Below are positions 43,746-53,106 of a DNA stretch of 64,000 bases, in pieces. The position numbers and the translations under genes were made by a program. The notes beneath the pieces were generated by a model. The model was not told the origin of the DNA and did no database searches. It saw nothing but the letters and a program-made list of their open reading frames with translations. The DNA is taken from the NCBI GenBank assembly GCA_964551475.1, contig CAZKCI010000013.1, forward strand, positions 1,017-65,016. Direction: 5' to 3'. Origin of the DNA: an uncultured bacterium. Its GTDB lineage: Bacteria; Auribacterota; Erginobacteria; Erginobacterales; CAZKCI01. The first letter of the stretch is position 1. Every line of letters begins with the position of its first letter.

Positions 43746-45725
43746 ATGCGCGCCATGCCCGCCCCCCGACCCAGGAAAGCTTCCTCCGCCGCGAAGCCTG
43801 TCCAATCGGACCTCCCGAAGAAGATCCGCCGTCCCCTCTCCGTCGCGGAGGTCGCCTCCCGGTCGCCGGAAGGGGGAGGGGATTACCGGACACTCTTCGA
43901 GATCTCTCCCGCCTCCATCATGCTCCTGGACGAACGCGGAACCGTCCTCGACGTCAACCCCGCTTTCTGCTCCATCTTCGGCTACTCCCGGGACGAGGTG
44001 GTCGGTTTCTCGATCGACCGGATCGCCCTCTCGGACTCTTCCGCCCAGATCAAGGATCACATCCGCCGCATCCTCAACGGGGAAAATCTGCGCCACGTGG
44101 TGAAGAACGCGCGCCGGAGCGGCGAGGAGTGCTTCCTCGACCTGAACGAGACCCGGATCCGTTTTCCGGACGGGACCCACGGCGTCCTGATCGTGGCCGC
44201 CGACGTCACCGAACAGCGGCGCGGGGAGGACATCCTCCAGCGGCACTCCCTGGTCTACAACGCGATGCAGGAGGCGGTCTTCGTCTTCGACCGCGCGGGC
44301 CTGATCGTCGACGTCAACCCGGCGGCGGAGAAGATCCTCGGCCGATCCCGGGAGGACCTGGTCGGCCGGCCCGCCCCCTATCTGAATCCGCCCGGCCGGG
44401 GAGAAAAGATCAGCGCTGAGATCATTCGGACGCTGCGGGCGAAGAAGGTGTGGCGGGGAGAGGTCCCCCTGCTGACCGCTTCCGGCGAGATCCGGACCGC
44501 CTCCACCATCGTCTCCTGCCTCTGCGACCAGGCGGGCGAACGGATCGGTTCGGTCGGGATCAACCGCGACATCACCGTCGATAAAAAGCTGGAGGCGGAG
44601 ATGATCAAGGCCCAGAAGCTGGAATCGCTCGGCGTGCTGGCCGGAGGGATCGCCCACGATTTCAACAACCTGCTCATGGGCATCCTGGGCAACATCTCCC
44701 TGGCCCGTCTCGGATCAACCGACGTCAGCGCCGTGCTGGCCCAGGCCGAAAAGGCCTGCCTGCGGGCGCAGGATCTCACCCGCCAGCTGCTCACCTTCGC
44801 CCGAGGCGGCGCTCCGGTGAAGAAGGTCGTCGATCTGGGTCCGCTGCTGGAGGAAACCGCCCGTTTCGCGCTTCGGGGCTCGGCGGCCACCTGCGAGTTC
44901 TCCCTCCCCCCCGATCTCTGGCCCGTGTCGGCCGACTCCGGGCAGATCTCCCAGGTCGCCCACAACCTCCTCCTCAACGCCGTCCAGGCCATGCCCCAGG
45001 CGGGTGTGGTCCGGGTTCAGGCCGAGAACCGCGTGGTCACCGCCCGCTCTGCCGATCCTCTTCTCGCGCCGGGGAGATATGCCCGGGTCTCTGTCTCCGA
45101 CCCGGGTGTCGGCATCCCCGCCGAGATTCTGGGCAGCGTCTTTGATCCCTTCTTCAGCACCAAGCCCCGGGGGACCGGCCTGGGACTGGCGGTCTGCTAC
45201 TCGATCATTAAAAATCACGGCGGCCGGCTCACCGTCGAGTCCCGCCCGGGACGGGGGTCCACCTTCAGCTTCTTCCTTCCGGCCTCCCCGGAGGCCTCGG
45301 TTCCGGAGGAACCCTGGCTTCCCTTCCCGGTCTCCGGCCGGGGACGGATCCTGCTCATCGACGACGAGGAACTGGTGGCGGTGGCGGTCGGACGGATGCT
45401 CGAGCGGTTGGGCTACTCCAGCGAATGGGCCCATGACGGCCGGGAAGGGGTGGAGATATATGCCCGGGAGCGGGAAGCCGGTCGGCCGTTCGACGCCGCG
45501 ATCGTCGATCTGACCATCCCCGGGGGGATGGGAGGACGAGAGGCGATCGTCGCTTTACGGAAACTCGATCCGGACATCAAGGCCGTGGTCTCCAGCGGCT
45601 ACTCCAATGATCCGATTCTGGCCGACTATGGGAAATACGGTTTCCGCGCCGCCCTGGCCAAGCCCTTCACCATCCACGTGCTGGGGCGGGTCATGGGGAA
45701 CGTGCTGGGAGAGAAGCGGAAGTAA
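43746..45725 (+). CDS. hybrid sensor histidine kinase (2x PAS, HisKA, HATPase_c, C-terminal REC)
   Basis: H-box IAHDFNNLL, G2 GTGLGLAV, receiver DLTIPGGMGG; start chosen at the first in-frame ATG after a promoter-like TTGTTGAAAA...TATATACT. Confidence 0.85.
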   Translation: MRAMPAPRPRKASSAAKPVQSDLPKKIRRPLSVAEVASRSPEGGGDYRTLFEISPASIMLLDERGTVLDVNPAFCSIFGYSRDEVVGFSIDRIALSDSSAQIKDHIRRILNGENLRHVVKNARRSGEECFLDLNETRIRFPDGTHGVLIVAADVTEQRRGEDILQRHSLVYNAMQEAVFVFDRAGLIVDVNPAAEKILGRSREDLVGRPAPYLNPPGRGEKISAEIIRTLRAKKVWRGEVPLLTASGEIRTASTIVSCLCDQAGERIGSVGINRDITVDKKLEAEMIKAQKLESLGVLAGGIAHDFNNLLMGILGNISLARLGSTDVSAVLAQAEKACLRAQDLTRQLLTFARGGAPVKKVVDLGPLLEETARFALRGSAATCEFSLPPDLWPVSADSGQISQVAHNLLLNAVQAMPQAGVVRVQAENRVVTARSADPLLAPGRYARVSVSDPGVGIPAEILGSVFDPFFSTKPRGTGLGLAVCYSIIKNHGGRLTVESRPGRGSTFSFFLPASPEASVPEEPWLPFPVSGRGRILLIDDEELVAVAVGRMLERLGYSSEWAHDGREGVEIYAREREAGRPFDAAIVDLTIPGGMGGREAIVALRKLDPDIKAVVSSGYSNDPILADYGKYGFRAALAKPFTIHVLGRVMGNVLGEKRK

Positions 45726-45766
45726 CTTTGCGTAACCTCACGTAACCCGCTGCTGGGAGATCGGAC

Positions 45767-46129
45767 ATGGCCAAAACGATCCTCATTGCCGACGACGATC
45801 CGGAGATCCTGCGGGTCCTGACCCTGGAGCTCACCCGGGCGGGTTATGAGATCATAACCGCCTGCTCCGGCGCGGAGGCCGTCGATCTCCTGCGCCTCCG
45901 GAGGCCGGATTTCCTGGTCGTGGACTACCAGATGCCGGAAGGGGACGGGGTGATGGTGATGGGCAAGGCGCAAGCAATCGCCCCCGGTCTCCCCGCGGTC
46001 ATCCTGACCGCCCACGACTCCACCCATCTTCGCCAGAAGGCCCTGCGCCTGGGCGCCCGCGCCGTTTTCGCCAAGCCCTTCCCCTCCGCCACGCTGCTCG
46101 CGGAGATACGGGGAGCGCTGGGGGAGTAA
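45767..46129 (+). CDS. single-domain CheY-like response regulator
   Basis: DDD..., DFLVVDYQMPEGDG, K near C-terminus. Confidence 0.8.
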   Translation: MAKTILIADDDPEILRVLTLELTRAGYEIITACSGAEAVDLLRLRRPDFLVVDYQMPEGDGVMVMGKAQAIAPGLPAVILTAHDSTHLRQKALRLGARAVFAKPFPSATLLAEIRGALGE

Positions 46130-47093
46130 AGTACACTTCCGGGTTGACGCAGTTCGGCGCCCGCTCTCCCCGCATCATGGCGATGAGGTTCTCCGCCGCC
46201 GTCACCGCCATCCGCGTCCGCGTCTCGACCGTGGCGGAGCCAATGTGGGGGAGGAGAACGACATTCTCGAGCTGGAGCAGGGCCGGATGAACGCGGGGCT
46301 CGTTCTCGAAGACGTCCAGGCCCGCGCCGGCGATCCGGCCGAGTCTGAGCGCGCGGGCCAGGGCGGCCTCGTCCACCACCGGCCCGCGGGAGGTGTTGAT
46401 GAGGAAGGCGGATCGCTTCATGCGCCCCAGTTCCCGGGGACCGATCAGGTGGCGGGTTTTTAGCGTGAGTGGAACGTGGAGTGTGACGTAATCGGACTCG
46501 GCCAGGAGAGCGGGCAGGGAGACGCGCCGCGCTCCGGCCGCCTTCTCCAGCGCCGCGTTCCGTTTCCCGTCGGCATAGATCACGTTGAGCCCGAAGCCGC
46601 GGGACCGCAGACCCACCGCCGTTCCGATCCGCCCCGCCCCCACGATCCCCAGGGTTTTCCCGCGCAGATCGCCGCCCAGGAAAAGCATCGGTCCCCAGGC
46701 GCGGAAGCGCCCCCGGCGCAAGAACCTCTCCGCCTCCGGGAGCCGGCGGGCGGCGGAGAGCAGGAGCGCCCAGGCGAGGTCGGCGACGGCGTCGGTCAGG
46801 ACCCCGGGCGTGTTGCTGACCGGGATCGACCGAACGGTCGCGGCGGCGAGATCGACGTTGTTGAAGCCGACCGCCATCAGGGCGATCCCCTGGAGCGAGG
46901 GAGCGGCGTCGAGGAAACGACGATCGACGGCGTCGGTGAGAAGGCAGAGCAGGCCGTCTTTTCCCCGGGAGGCCCGGACGAGCTCCCCCGGTGAGAGGAC
47001 GCGGTCATGAGGATTGACCGCGACCCGGAGTTTCGCCTTCCGCAGGATTCGGACGGCGGCTTCGGGGATGGCGCGGGAAATAAATATTTTCAT
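45999..47093 (-). CDS. D-isomer-specific 2-hydroxyacid dehydrogenase (glyoxylate/hydroxypyruvate reductase-like)
   Basis: NAD-binding GIVGAGRIGTAVG and catalytic region; the 3' end overlaps a convergent RR gene and the last ~40 codons look low-complexity, so the true stop is uncertain. Confidence 0.75.
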   Translation of the reverse strand: MKIFISRAIPEAAVRILRKAKLRVAVNPHDRVLSPGELVRASRGKDGLLCLLTDAVDRRFLDAAPSLQGIALMAVGFNNVDLAAATVRSIPVSNTPGVLTDAVADLAWALLLSAARRLPEAERFLRRGRFRAWGPMLFLGGDLRGKTLGIVGAGRIGTAVGLRSRGFGLNVIYADGKRNAALEKAAGARRVSLPALLAESDYVTLHVPLTLKTRHLIGPRELGRMKRSAFLINTSRGPVVDEAALARALRLGRIAGAGLDVFENEPRVHPALLQLENVVLLPHIGSATVETRTRMAVTAAENLIAMMRGERAPNCVNPEVYFTPPALPVSPRAAWRRGRAWRKRRGRPGAGPSGEDGWSRGRSG

Positions 47094-47240
47094 TGGTGCG
47101 GGATTTTCGCCGCATAAAATGGTTGACAGCAGGTGTCTCCCTGAGCATTCTAGCGCAGAATATTCCGGGGGAACCAGCAATCTCAAGAATATTTTTGCGG
47201 CGGCGAGGCGAACGGCATCGTCGGCGCGGTTGATAATCGG

Positions 47241-47981
47241 ATGACAGGCCATACCAACGCGAAAGCCTTCTGGATTCTGCTGGCGGCGCTCAGCGCCTTT
47301 CCCCCGGCGTCGCTCCCGGCCGTCTCGGCGGCCCCCGCCGCCGGTTTCGAGAGTTATCAGGTCCGGAAGGGGGACAGCCTCTGGTCGATCGCCCGCTCCC
47401 GCGGGATCAGCCCGGAGGATTTGAAGAAGGCCAACGACCTCTCCGACACGGCCCTGATCCGGGTGGGACAGACGCTGGCGATCCCTCCCGGCGACTCCGG
47501 CTACTTGGCCCGCCTCTGCGCGGTCAAACGCGGGGTGAAGGCGAGGAACTGGAAGTATATTGTCGTCCACCACAGCGCCACCTCCAGCGGGAACGCCTTC
47601 CGTTTCGATTACTTCCACCGCAAGGTCCGCCATATGGAGCGGGGGATGGCCTACCACTTCCTGATCGGGAACGGCCGGGGGTTGGGAGACGGGGCCATCC
47701 AGCCCGGTTCGCGCTGGCTTCTTCAGCAGCCGGGCGGCCATGTCCGCTCCGAGCAGATGAACGAGGTGGCGATCGGGATCTGCCTGGTCGGGAACTTCGA
47801 CAAGTCCCCCCCCACCGCGAAGCAGATGCAGTCCCTCACCGGCCTCCTCCGCTACCTGCAGGGGAAGTACCGGGTTCCCCGGTCCCGGGTGATCGGCCAC
47901 CGCGAGGTCAAGGGCACCCACACCAAATGCCCGGGCAAGCATCTCTCCCTGGTCTCCCTGCGCCAGGGCCTGCGACCCTGA
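47241..47981 (+). CDS. LysM domain plus N-acetylmuramoyl-L-alanine amidase (amidase_2/PGRP fold)
   Basis: LysM YQVRKGDSLWSIA...; amidase_2 HHSAT...H...C motifs. Confidence 0.8.
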   Translation: MTGHTNAKAFWILLAALSAFPPASLPAVSAAPAAGFESYQVRKGDSLWSIARSRGISPEDLKKANDLSDTALIRVGQTLAIPPGDSGYLARLCAVKRGVKARNWKYIVVHHSATSSGNAFRFDYFHRKVRHMERGMAYHFLIGNGRGLGDGAIQPGSRWLLQQPGGHVRSEQMNEVAIGICLVGNFDKSPPTAKQMQSLTGLLRYLQGKYRVPRSRVIGHREVKGTHTKCPGKHLSLVSLRQGLRP

Positions 47982-48202
47982 TGCCGCCTCGCCGCTCTCC
48001 GCCTATATTGCCGGCCGATATTTCATGTATAGAACATTTGGTGGCCAGGCGCTTTGTGCAATATATACACAATAAATATCGAAAATGTAATTATATTACA
48101 ATATGCACCGGGATTTCCGGCCGCGGTTCGGCCGGGACGATTGACGTGGCCCGGGAATTGTGCTATAGTGTCACACAGAATCATTAACCGGGAGGAACAA
48201 AT

Positions 48203-48772
48203 ATGGGTCTTTTAGAGCATGATATCGGCGGCAAGCTGCGCGCTTTGAGAAAAACGCGCCGGCTGACGCTCCAGGGGTTGGCGAAGAAGCTCAAGATGAC
48301 GGCCAGCTACATCTCGCGGCTGGAGAGAAATCTCTGCCGTCCCTCCTTGCCCTCGCTCCAGTCCTTCGCCGACATCTTCGACGTCGACGTGGCCACCTTC
48401 TTCGAGCGGCGGGTGTCCGAATCGCGGCCGAAGCGGGTGCTCTCCCCGGCCGATCAGGTGGAAGTGATCGCCCACGGGGGCGCTCTCCGGATCAAGCCGC
48501 TGGCCCATACCCTCTTCAAGCGCCCGGTCCTGGAAGTCACCCTGGTCGCCCTGAAGAAGGGAGGCGAGGTGGTCTTCCCCACTCGTCCGGGGGAGTGCCT
48601 GCTGATCATGCGGGAAGGAAGGATCTCCCTGGTTCTCGGGCAGGAACGATTCCGCCTCAACCCGGGCGACAGCATCTACTACACCACCGAGCAGTATCGC
48701 CGGATCACCAACCTGGGCCGGAAGGACGCCGCCTACATCTCCGTCCTCTATCCGCCCGTCTATTTCAAGTGA
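48203..48772 (+). CDS. XRE-family HTH plus cupin domain transcriptional regulator (paralog 1)
   Basis: HTH LQGLAKKLKMTASYISRLERN; C-terminal cupin. Confidence 0.8.
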   Translation: MGLLEHDIGGKLRALRKTRRLTLQGLAKKLKMTASYISRLERNLCRPSLPSLQSFADIFDVDVATFFERRVSESRPKRVLSPADQVEVIAHGGALRIKPLAHTLFKRPVLEVTLVALKKGGEVVFPTRPGECLLIMREGRISLVLGQERFRLNPGDSIYYTTEQYRRITNLGRKDAAYISVLYPPVYFK

Positions 48773-48782
48773 GGAGACTCTC

Positions 48783-49352
48783 ATGACCCAAGTCAAAGTG
48801 GACCTCGGGGGAAAGATCAAGCGGCTTCGGAAGGAGAGGGAGCTTACGCTGCAGAAGCTCGCCGACCGGATGAAGCTGACCCCCAGCTACATCTCCCGCC
48901 TGGAGCGAAACCTCTGCTACCCGGCCCTGGAGACGCTTTACGACCTCGCCGCCTTCTTCGGTTTGGACGTTTCCTTCTTTTTCCGAAAGGACGAGATCAG
49001 CGACGAGAAGACGCGCGTGCTCAAGGGGAGAGACCGCCGCGCCGTCCCCCTCTTCGGGGGGCAGGCCCGCTTCTACCCGTATGCCAACATCAAGTATCGG
49101 GACCCCTCGTTCGAATGCTTCACCGTCGCCCATCCGGCCGGGGCCGAGATCAAGCTCCCCCGGCAGACGGGTCAGGCCTGCCTGCTGGTCCGGCGGGGCT
49201 CGATCGAGCTCACGCTGGCCAGGGAGGTCTACCTGCTCCGCCCCGGAGACAGCATCTACTACTCCACCCGGGAAGAGCGCTCCTATACGGTGGTCGGGAA
49301 GCGTCCCGCCGAAATCCTGGTCTGCCTCTATCCCGCTCGCTACGCCAAATAG
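48783..49352 (+). CDS. XRE-family HTH plus cupin domain transcriptional regulator (paralog 2)
   Basis: Same architecture as the upstream gene; tandem duplication. Confidence 0.8.
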   Translation: MTQVKVDLGGKIKRLRKERELTLQKLADRMKLTPSYISRLERNLCYPALETLYDLAAFFGLDVSFFFRKDEISDEKTRVLKGRDRRAVPLFGGQARFYPYANIKYRDPSFECFTVAHPAGAEIKLPRQTGQACLLVRRGSIELTLAREVYLLRPGDSIYYSTREERSYTVVGKRPAEILVCLYPARYAK

Positions 49353-50507
49353 ATGACCCTGCCCTCGTCATCCGCCGCCGTTCTGGTCGTGGACGACGAC
49401 GCCCCCACCCGCCGGCTCCTCGTCCGGATTCTCGAGGGCGAGGGTTACCGCGCGGACCAGGCCGGCACCGGCCGGGAGGCCCTGGAACTCTTCCGGAAGA
49501 ACGAGTATCAGCTCGCTTTCCTGGACATCCGTCTCCCCGATTTCAACGGCCTCGATCTGCTGGCCGCCCTGAAGAAGAGCGGCCGGAAGACCGAGGTGAT
49601 CATGCAGACTGCCTACGCCTCCCTGCAGTCCTCGATCGAGGCGCTCAACCAGGGCGCCCTGAGCTACATCATCAAGCCGTTTCAGCCGGCCGAGGTCCGT
49701 CTGGCGGCCCGGCGCGCCCTGGACAAGCGAGCCCTGGAGGATGAGAACGCCCGCCTGCTCCGGGATCTCACCCGGAAGAACGAGGAGCTGGAACAAACCT
49801 GCCGGAAGCTGGAGTCCATGACCTGTCGCCTGGTCGCCTCGGAGAAGCAGGCGGCCTTGACCACGCTGGGCGGGGGGATCGCCCATGAGCTGAACAACCC
49901 CCTGACCGGGATCCTGGGCATGGTCACTCTCCTGCTCGAAAACGAAACCCCCGGCTCGGTTCGGGCGACCCGCCTGATCAAGATCCAGGAGCAAGTCCGC
50001 CGCTGTGCCCGGATCATCAAGGACCTGCTGGTCTTCACCCGGGAGGTGTCCGGCGTGGTCGCTCCCCTCGACGTCAACGAGATCATAGAAAAGACGCTCG
50101 CTCTGATGGACTACCAGTTCTCGCTCTCCGGCGTGACGGTGACCCCGCGCCTGGCCCACCGTCTTCCCGAGGTGAAAGCCAACCCGGGGCAGCTTGGCCA
50201 GGTTTTCCTGAACATTCTGCTCAATGCCCTGGAAAGCCTGGAGGGGAAGAAGGAGGCGACGATCGAGATCGCGACCGGCCGGAACGAGGGCATGGTGACG
50301 ATCGCCGTGGCGGACAACGGCCGGGGAATCCCCCCGGAGAACCTTTCCCGCCTTTTTGAGCCGTTTTTCACCACCAAGGAGGCGGGACGGGGTTCGGGCA
50401 TGGGGCTGGCGGTTTGCCAGGGGATAGTCTCCAAATTCGGCGGGAGGATCGAGGCGGCGAGCGAGCCGGGAAAAGGAAGCGTATTCACCGTCCTCCTCCC
50501 TCTTTAA
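49353..50507 (+). CDS. response-regulator receiver fused to histidine kinase (REC-HisKA-HATPase_c)
   Basis: REC with FLDIRLPDFNG; HisKA ELNNPLTGILG; G-box GMGLAV. Confidence 0.85.
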   Translation: MTLPSSSAAVLVVDDDAPTRRLLVRILEGEGYRADQAGTGREALELFRKNEYQLAFLDIRLPDFNGLDLLAALKKSGRKTEVIMQTAYASLQSSIEALNQGALSYIIKPFQPAEVRLAARRALDKRALEDENARLLRDLTRKNEELEQTCRKLESMTCRLVASEKQAALTTLGGGIAHELNNPLTGILGMVTLLLENETPGSVRATRLIKIQEQVRRCARIIKDLLVFTREVSGVVAPLDVNEIIEKTLALMDYQFSLSGVTVTPRLAHRLPEVKANPGQLGQVFLNILLNALESLEGKKEATIEIATGRNEGMVTIAVADNGRGIPPENLSRLFEPFFTTKEAGRGSGMGLAVCQGIVSKFGGRIEAASEPGKGSVFTVLLPL

Positions 50508-50553
50508 CGCGGAACCCGCCTATCGGCGGGAGGAGCGCTCAAGAGAAACTGAC

Positions 50554-50937
50554 ATGGCCCGAGCCAACATTCTAGTGGTCGACGACGAGCCTCTGATCGG
50601 GGAGGTCTTCGCCGACTATCTGACCGAGCAGGGCTTCACCGTCACGGTCTCCCCCAACGCCTTCCAGGCCCTGGAGCTCACCGCCGGGACCGTTTACGAC
50701 CTGATCTTTCTCGACATCCGGATGCCGGGGATGGACGGCGTGGACGCCCTGGAGAAGATGAAGGCTCTCCAGCCCTCCGCCCGCTTCATCCTGATGACCG
50801 GCTACTGGGACCAAACCCAGCATCTGCAGGAGCGGGCGCTGAAGATCGGGATCTTCGCCTGCGTCGAGAAACCCTTCGACATCCCCGACCTGATGCCCTT
50901 GATCGAGAAGGCCCTGGCGGACCCGCCGGCGGGGTAG
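50554..50937 (+). CDS. single-domain CheY-like response regulator
   Basis: VVDDEP...IFLDIRMPGMDG. Confidence 0.8.
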   Translation: MARANILVVDDEPLIGEVFADYLTEQGFTVTVSPNAFQALELTAGTVYDLIFLDIRMPGMDGVDALEKMKALQPSARFILMTGYWDQTQHLQERALKIGIFACVEKPFDIPDLMPLIEKALADPPAG

Positions 50938-50984
50938 CCGCCGGCTTCAGCCTGCGTTCTGTTCTTGCGAAAGCGTCCGTTCGC

Positions 50985-52142
50985 TCACACGAAGATCTTC
51001 TGGAAGAGAGGTCTTCTCAGGACGATCGCCCGCCGCGGGCAGGTCTCGTGGCAACAGTAGCAGCGGAGGCAGCGCGCGTAGCCGATCCGCGCTTGGCCTC
51101 CCCGCAGACGGATCGCCTCCACCGGGCAGACCCGGACGCAGTCACCGCAGCCGACGCAGGATGATTTCTCGACCTCCGGCCGCGTGGTGAGAAGCCATTT
51201 GGCGGCCGGCAGGGCGGGCTTCAGCCAGAAGGGAAAGCGGGCGAAGGATACCGCGGCCTCCCCGAGCTCGGGGACGGCCATCCCCTCCGCGCGGAATTCC
51301 GCCTCGGCGAGGCCGACGGTCGCGACGTCGGAGAGGTCCGGCCGGAGCAGGCCCCGCTGGGCGCACTCGGCGGTGGTGAGCACGGAGAAGGGGTCGATCC
51401 CCATGATCCGGCCGAGGACCGCGTCGACCGCCGCCGGCGACTCCCCGGCTACGATCAGGCCCAGGTCCCGCCGTCTCCCCGCGCCGGGTCCGTCCCCCTC
51501 CATCGCCCAGATTCCGTCGACGATCGAGAGATCGGGATCGGCCGCCTCCATCACGTCGACCAGCATGGCCGAGAAGCGCCTCACGTCGCCGAGCTTGGCG
51601 TGGTAGGCGGGCTTGATCAACCCCGGGATGAGGCCGAAGAGGTTTTTCACCGCGCCGGTGAGACGGGTGTAGACGTGGGTCTTGAACTTGGGGAGGTTCA
51701 GGATGACATCGGCTTCGATCGCCGGGGTGACCATCTCCAGCCTCTTCACCATGCGCCCGCTGGGGCAGTTGACGATCGCGTGGGAGGTCTCCAGCATCAG
51801 CTCCGCCCCGGTCTCCTCCGCTACCCGCTCCAGCCCGCAGGCCCGGTAGAGGTGGAGGAGCGTCCGGCGGGTGTGGGGGAGGGCGGCCCCCGGGCTGTCG
51901 CCGATCAGCGCCTTGCCCCCGGCTTCCCGCACCAGCTCCGCCGCCGCCCGCACGAATTCGGGATGGGTGACTACCGCCGTCTCCGGCGTCTCTCTCCGGA
52001 GGAGGTTGGGCTTGAGGAGGACGGTCTGGCCGGGGCGGACGAATTTCCCCATCCCCCCGATCCGGCCGAGCGCTTTCTCCATCGCCTCCCGCAGTCCCGG
52101 GCGGGAGTAGTCGGGGCATCTCTCGATGGAGACCGTCTTCAC
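50985..52142 (-). CDS. DUF362 domain protein with C-terminal 2x[4Fe-4S] ferredoxin domain
   Basis: N-terminal DUF362-like (VLLKPNLL); C-terminal CVGCGDCVRVCP and CLRCYCCHETCP. Confidence 0.7.
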   Translation of the reverse strand: MKTVSIERCPDYSRPGLREAMEKALGRIGGMGKFVRPGQTVLLKPNLLRRETPETAVVTHPEFVRAAAELVREAGGKALIGDSPGAALPHTRRTLLHLYRACGLERVAEETGAELMLETSHAIVNCPSGRMVKRLEMVTPAIEADVILNLPKFKTHVYTRLTGAVKNLFGLIPGLIKPAYHAKLGDVRRFSAMLVDVMEAADPDLSIVDGIWAMEGDGPGAGRRRDLGLIVAGESPAAVDAVLGRIMGIDPFSVLTTAECAQRGLLRPDLSDVATVGLAEAEFRAEGMAVPELGEAAVSFARFPFWLKPALPAAKWLLTTRPEVEKSSCVGCGDCVRVCPVEAIRLRGGQARIGYARCLRCYCCHETCPRRAIVLRRPLFQKIFV

Positions 52143-52330
52143 GCGAGGAGGCTATCAGGAATGGGGGACCGTGTTAAATAGTTATTCGTGTCCTTATCGG
52201 AACGGTGGGACCGGCCAATGTTCTCTCTGCGGAATTGTTTGCCCGCGGGCGAGGTATCGGATAATATCAGCTAGCGGGCGTGTGGCTCGTGCTCGGCGAT
52301 TGCCACAGGCGCGTTCGCGGGAGGTGCGTT

Positions 52331-52930
52331 ATGGAATCTCTGAACAACTGGTGGGCCGGCCTGGCGCCCCTCGCCCGGTACTTCTCCATCGGCGCCGTCT
52401 TTTTCAGCATCCTCTTCCTCTGGCAGCTTGTCATGTCCCTCTTCGGCCTGGCCGCCGACCACGACCTGGACTCCGGCGTGGACGATTCCGGCGTCCACCA
52501 CGCCCCGGAGGATGCCGATCAGACGATGCTCGCCTTCAAGCTCCTCTCCGTCCGGTCGCTGCTGGCGTTTTTCACCCTCTTCTCCTGGGCGGGGGCCCTC
52601 TACCTCTCCCAGGGAAAAACCGCCCCCGTTTCCCTGACCTACGCCTTCGCCTGGGGGATCGCCGGCTTCTTCGTGGTCGCCTTGCTCATGCATTTTCTCT
52701 CCCGCCTGACCGAGACGGGGAATATGAAAATCGAGTCCTGCCTCGGCGCCTCCGGGACCGTGTACCTCGACATCCCCGAGAAGGGACAGGGGGAGGTCCG
52801 CCTCCTCTGCGGGGGCGTGATGACGGTCCTCCGGGCCCGCTCCGCCGCCGGTATCGCCCTCAAGGCGGGAAGATCGGTGCGCGTCGCCCGGGTGGTCGGC
52901 CCCAACACCATCGAGGTCGAACCGGAGTAG
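52331..52930 (+). CDS. NfeD-family membrane protein (C-terminal OB-fold), flotillin partner
   Basis: TM helices plus soluble C-terminal domain; directly upstream of a flotillin gene; start chosen at MESLNNWW. Confidence 0.7.
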   Translation: MESLNNWWAGLAPLARYFSIGAVFFSILFLWQLVMSLFGLAADHDLDSGVDDSGVHHAPEDADQTMLAFKLLSVRSLLAFFTLFSWAGALYLSQGKTAPVSLTYAFAWGIAGFFVVALLMHFLSRLTETGNMKIESCLGASGTVYLDIPEKGQGEVRLLCGGVMTVLRARSAAGIALKAGRSVRVARVVGPNTIEVEPE

Positions 52931-53105
52931 CCCGCCGCGCGATCTCAGATTTCAGATCTGAGATTTCAAATCTGAAATCTGAGGGCTGAAATCCATGATT
53001 CGCGATCCACGATCTGAAATCTCAAATCTGAGATCTGAAATGAGAGATCAGAGATCCACAATCCGCGATTCGAAATCCTCAATCCTCAATCCCTAAGGAG
53101 ATCGC
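52931..53105. repeat. complex palindromic/tandem repeats of AGATTTCAGATCTGAAATCT-type units between nfeD and flotillin genes
   Basis: gatctcagatttcagatctgagatttcaaatctgaaatctgag ... gatctgaaatctcaaatctgagatctgaaatgagagatcagagatcc. Confidence 0.6.
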
Positions 53106-53106
53106 C

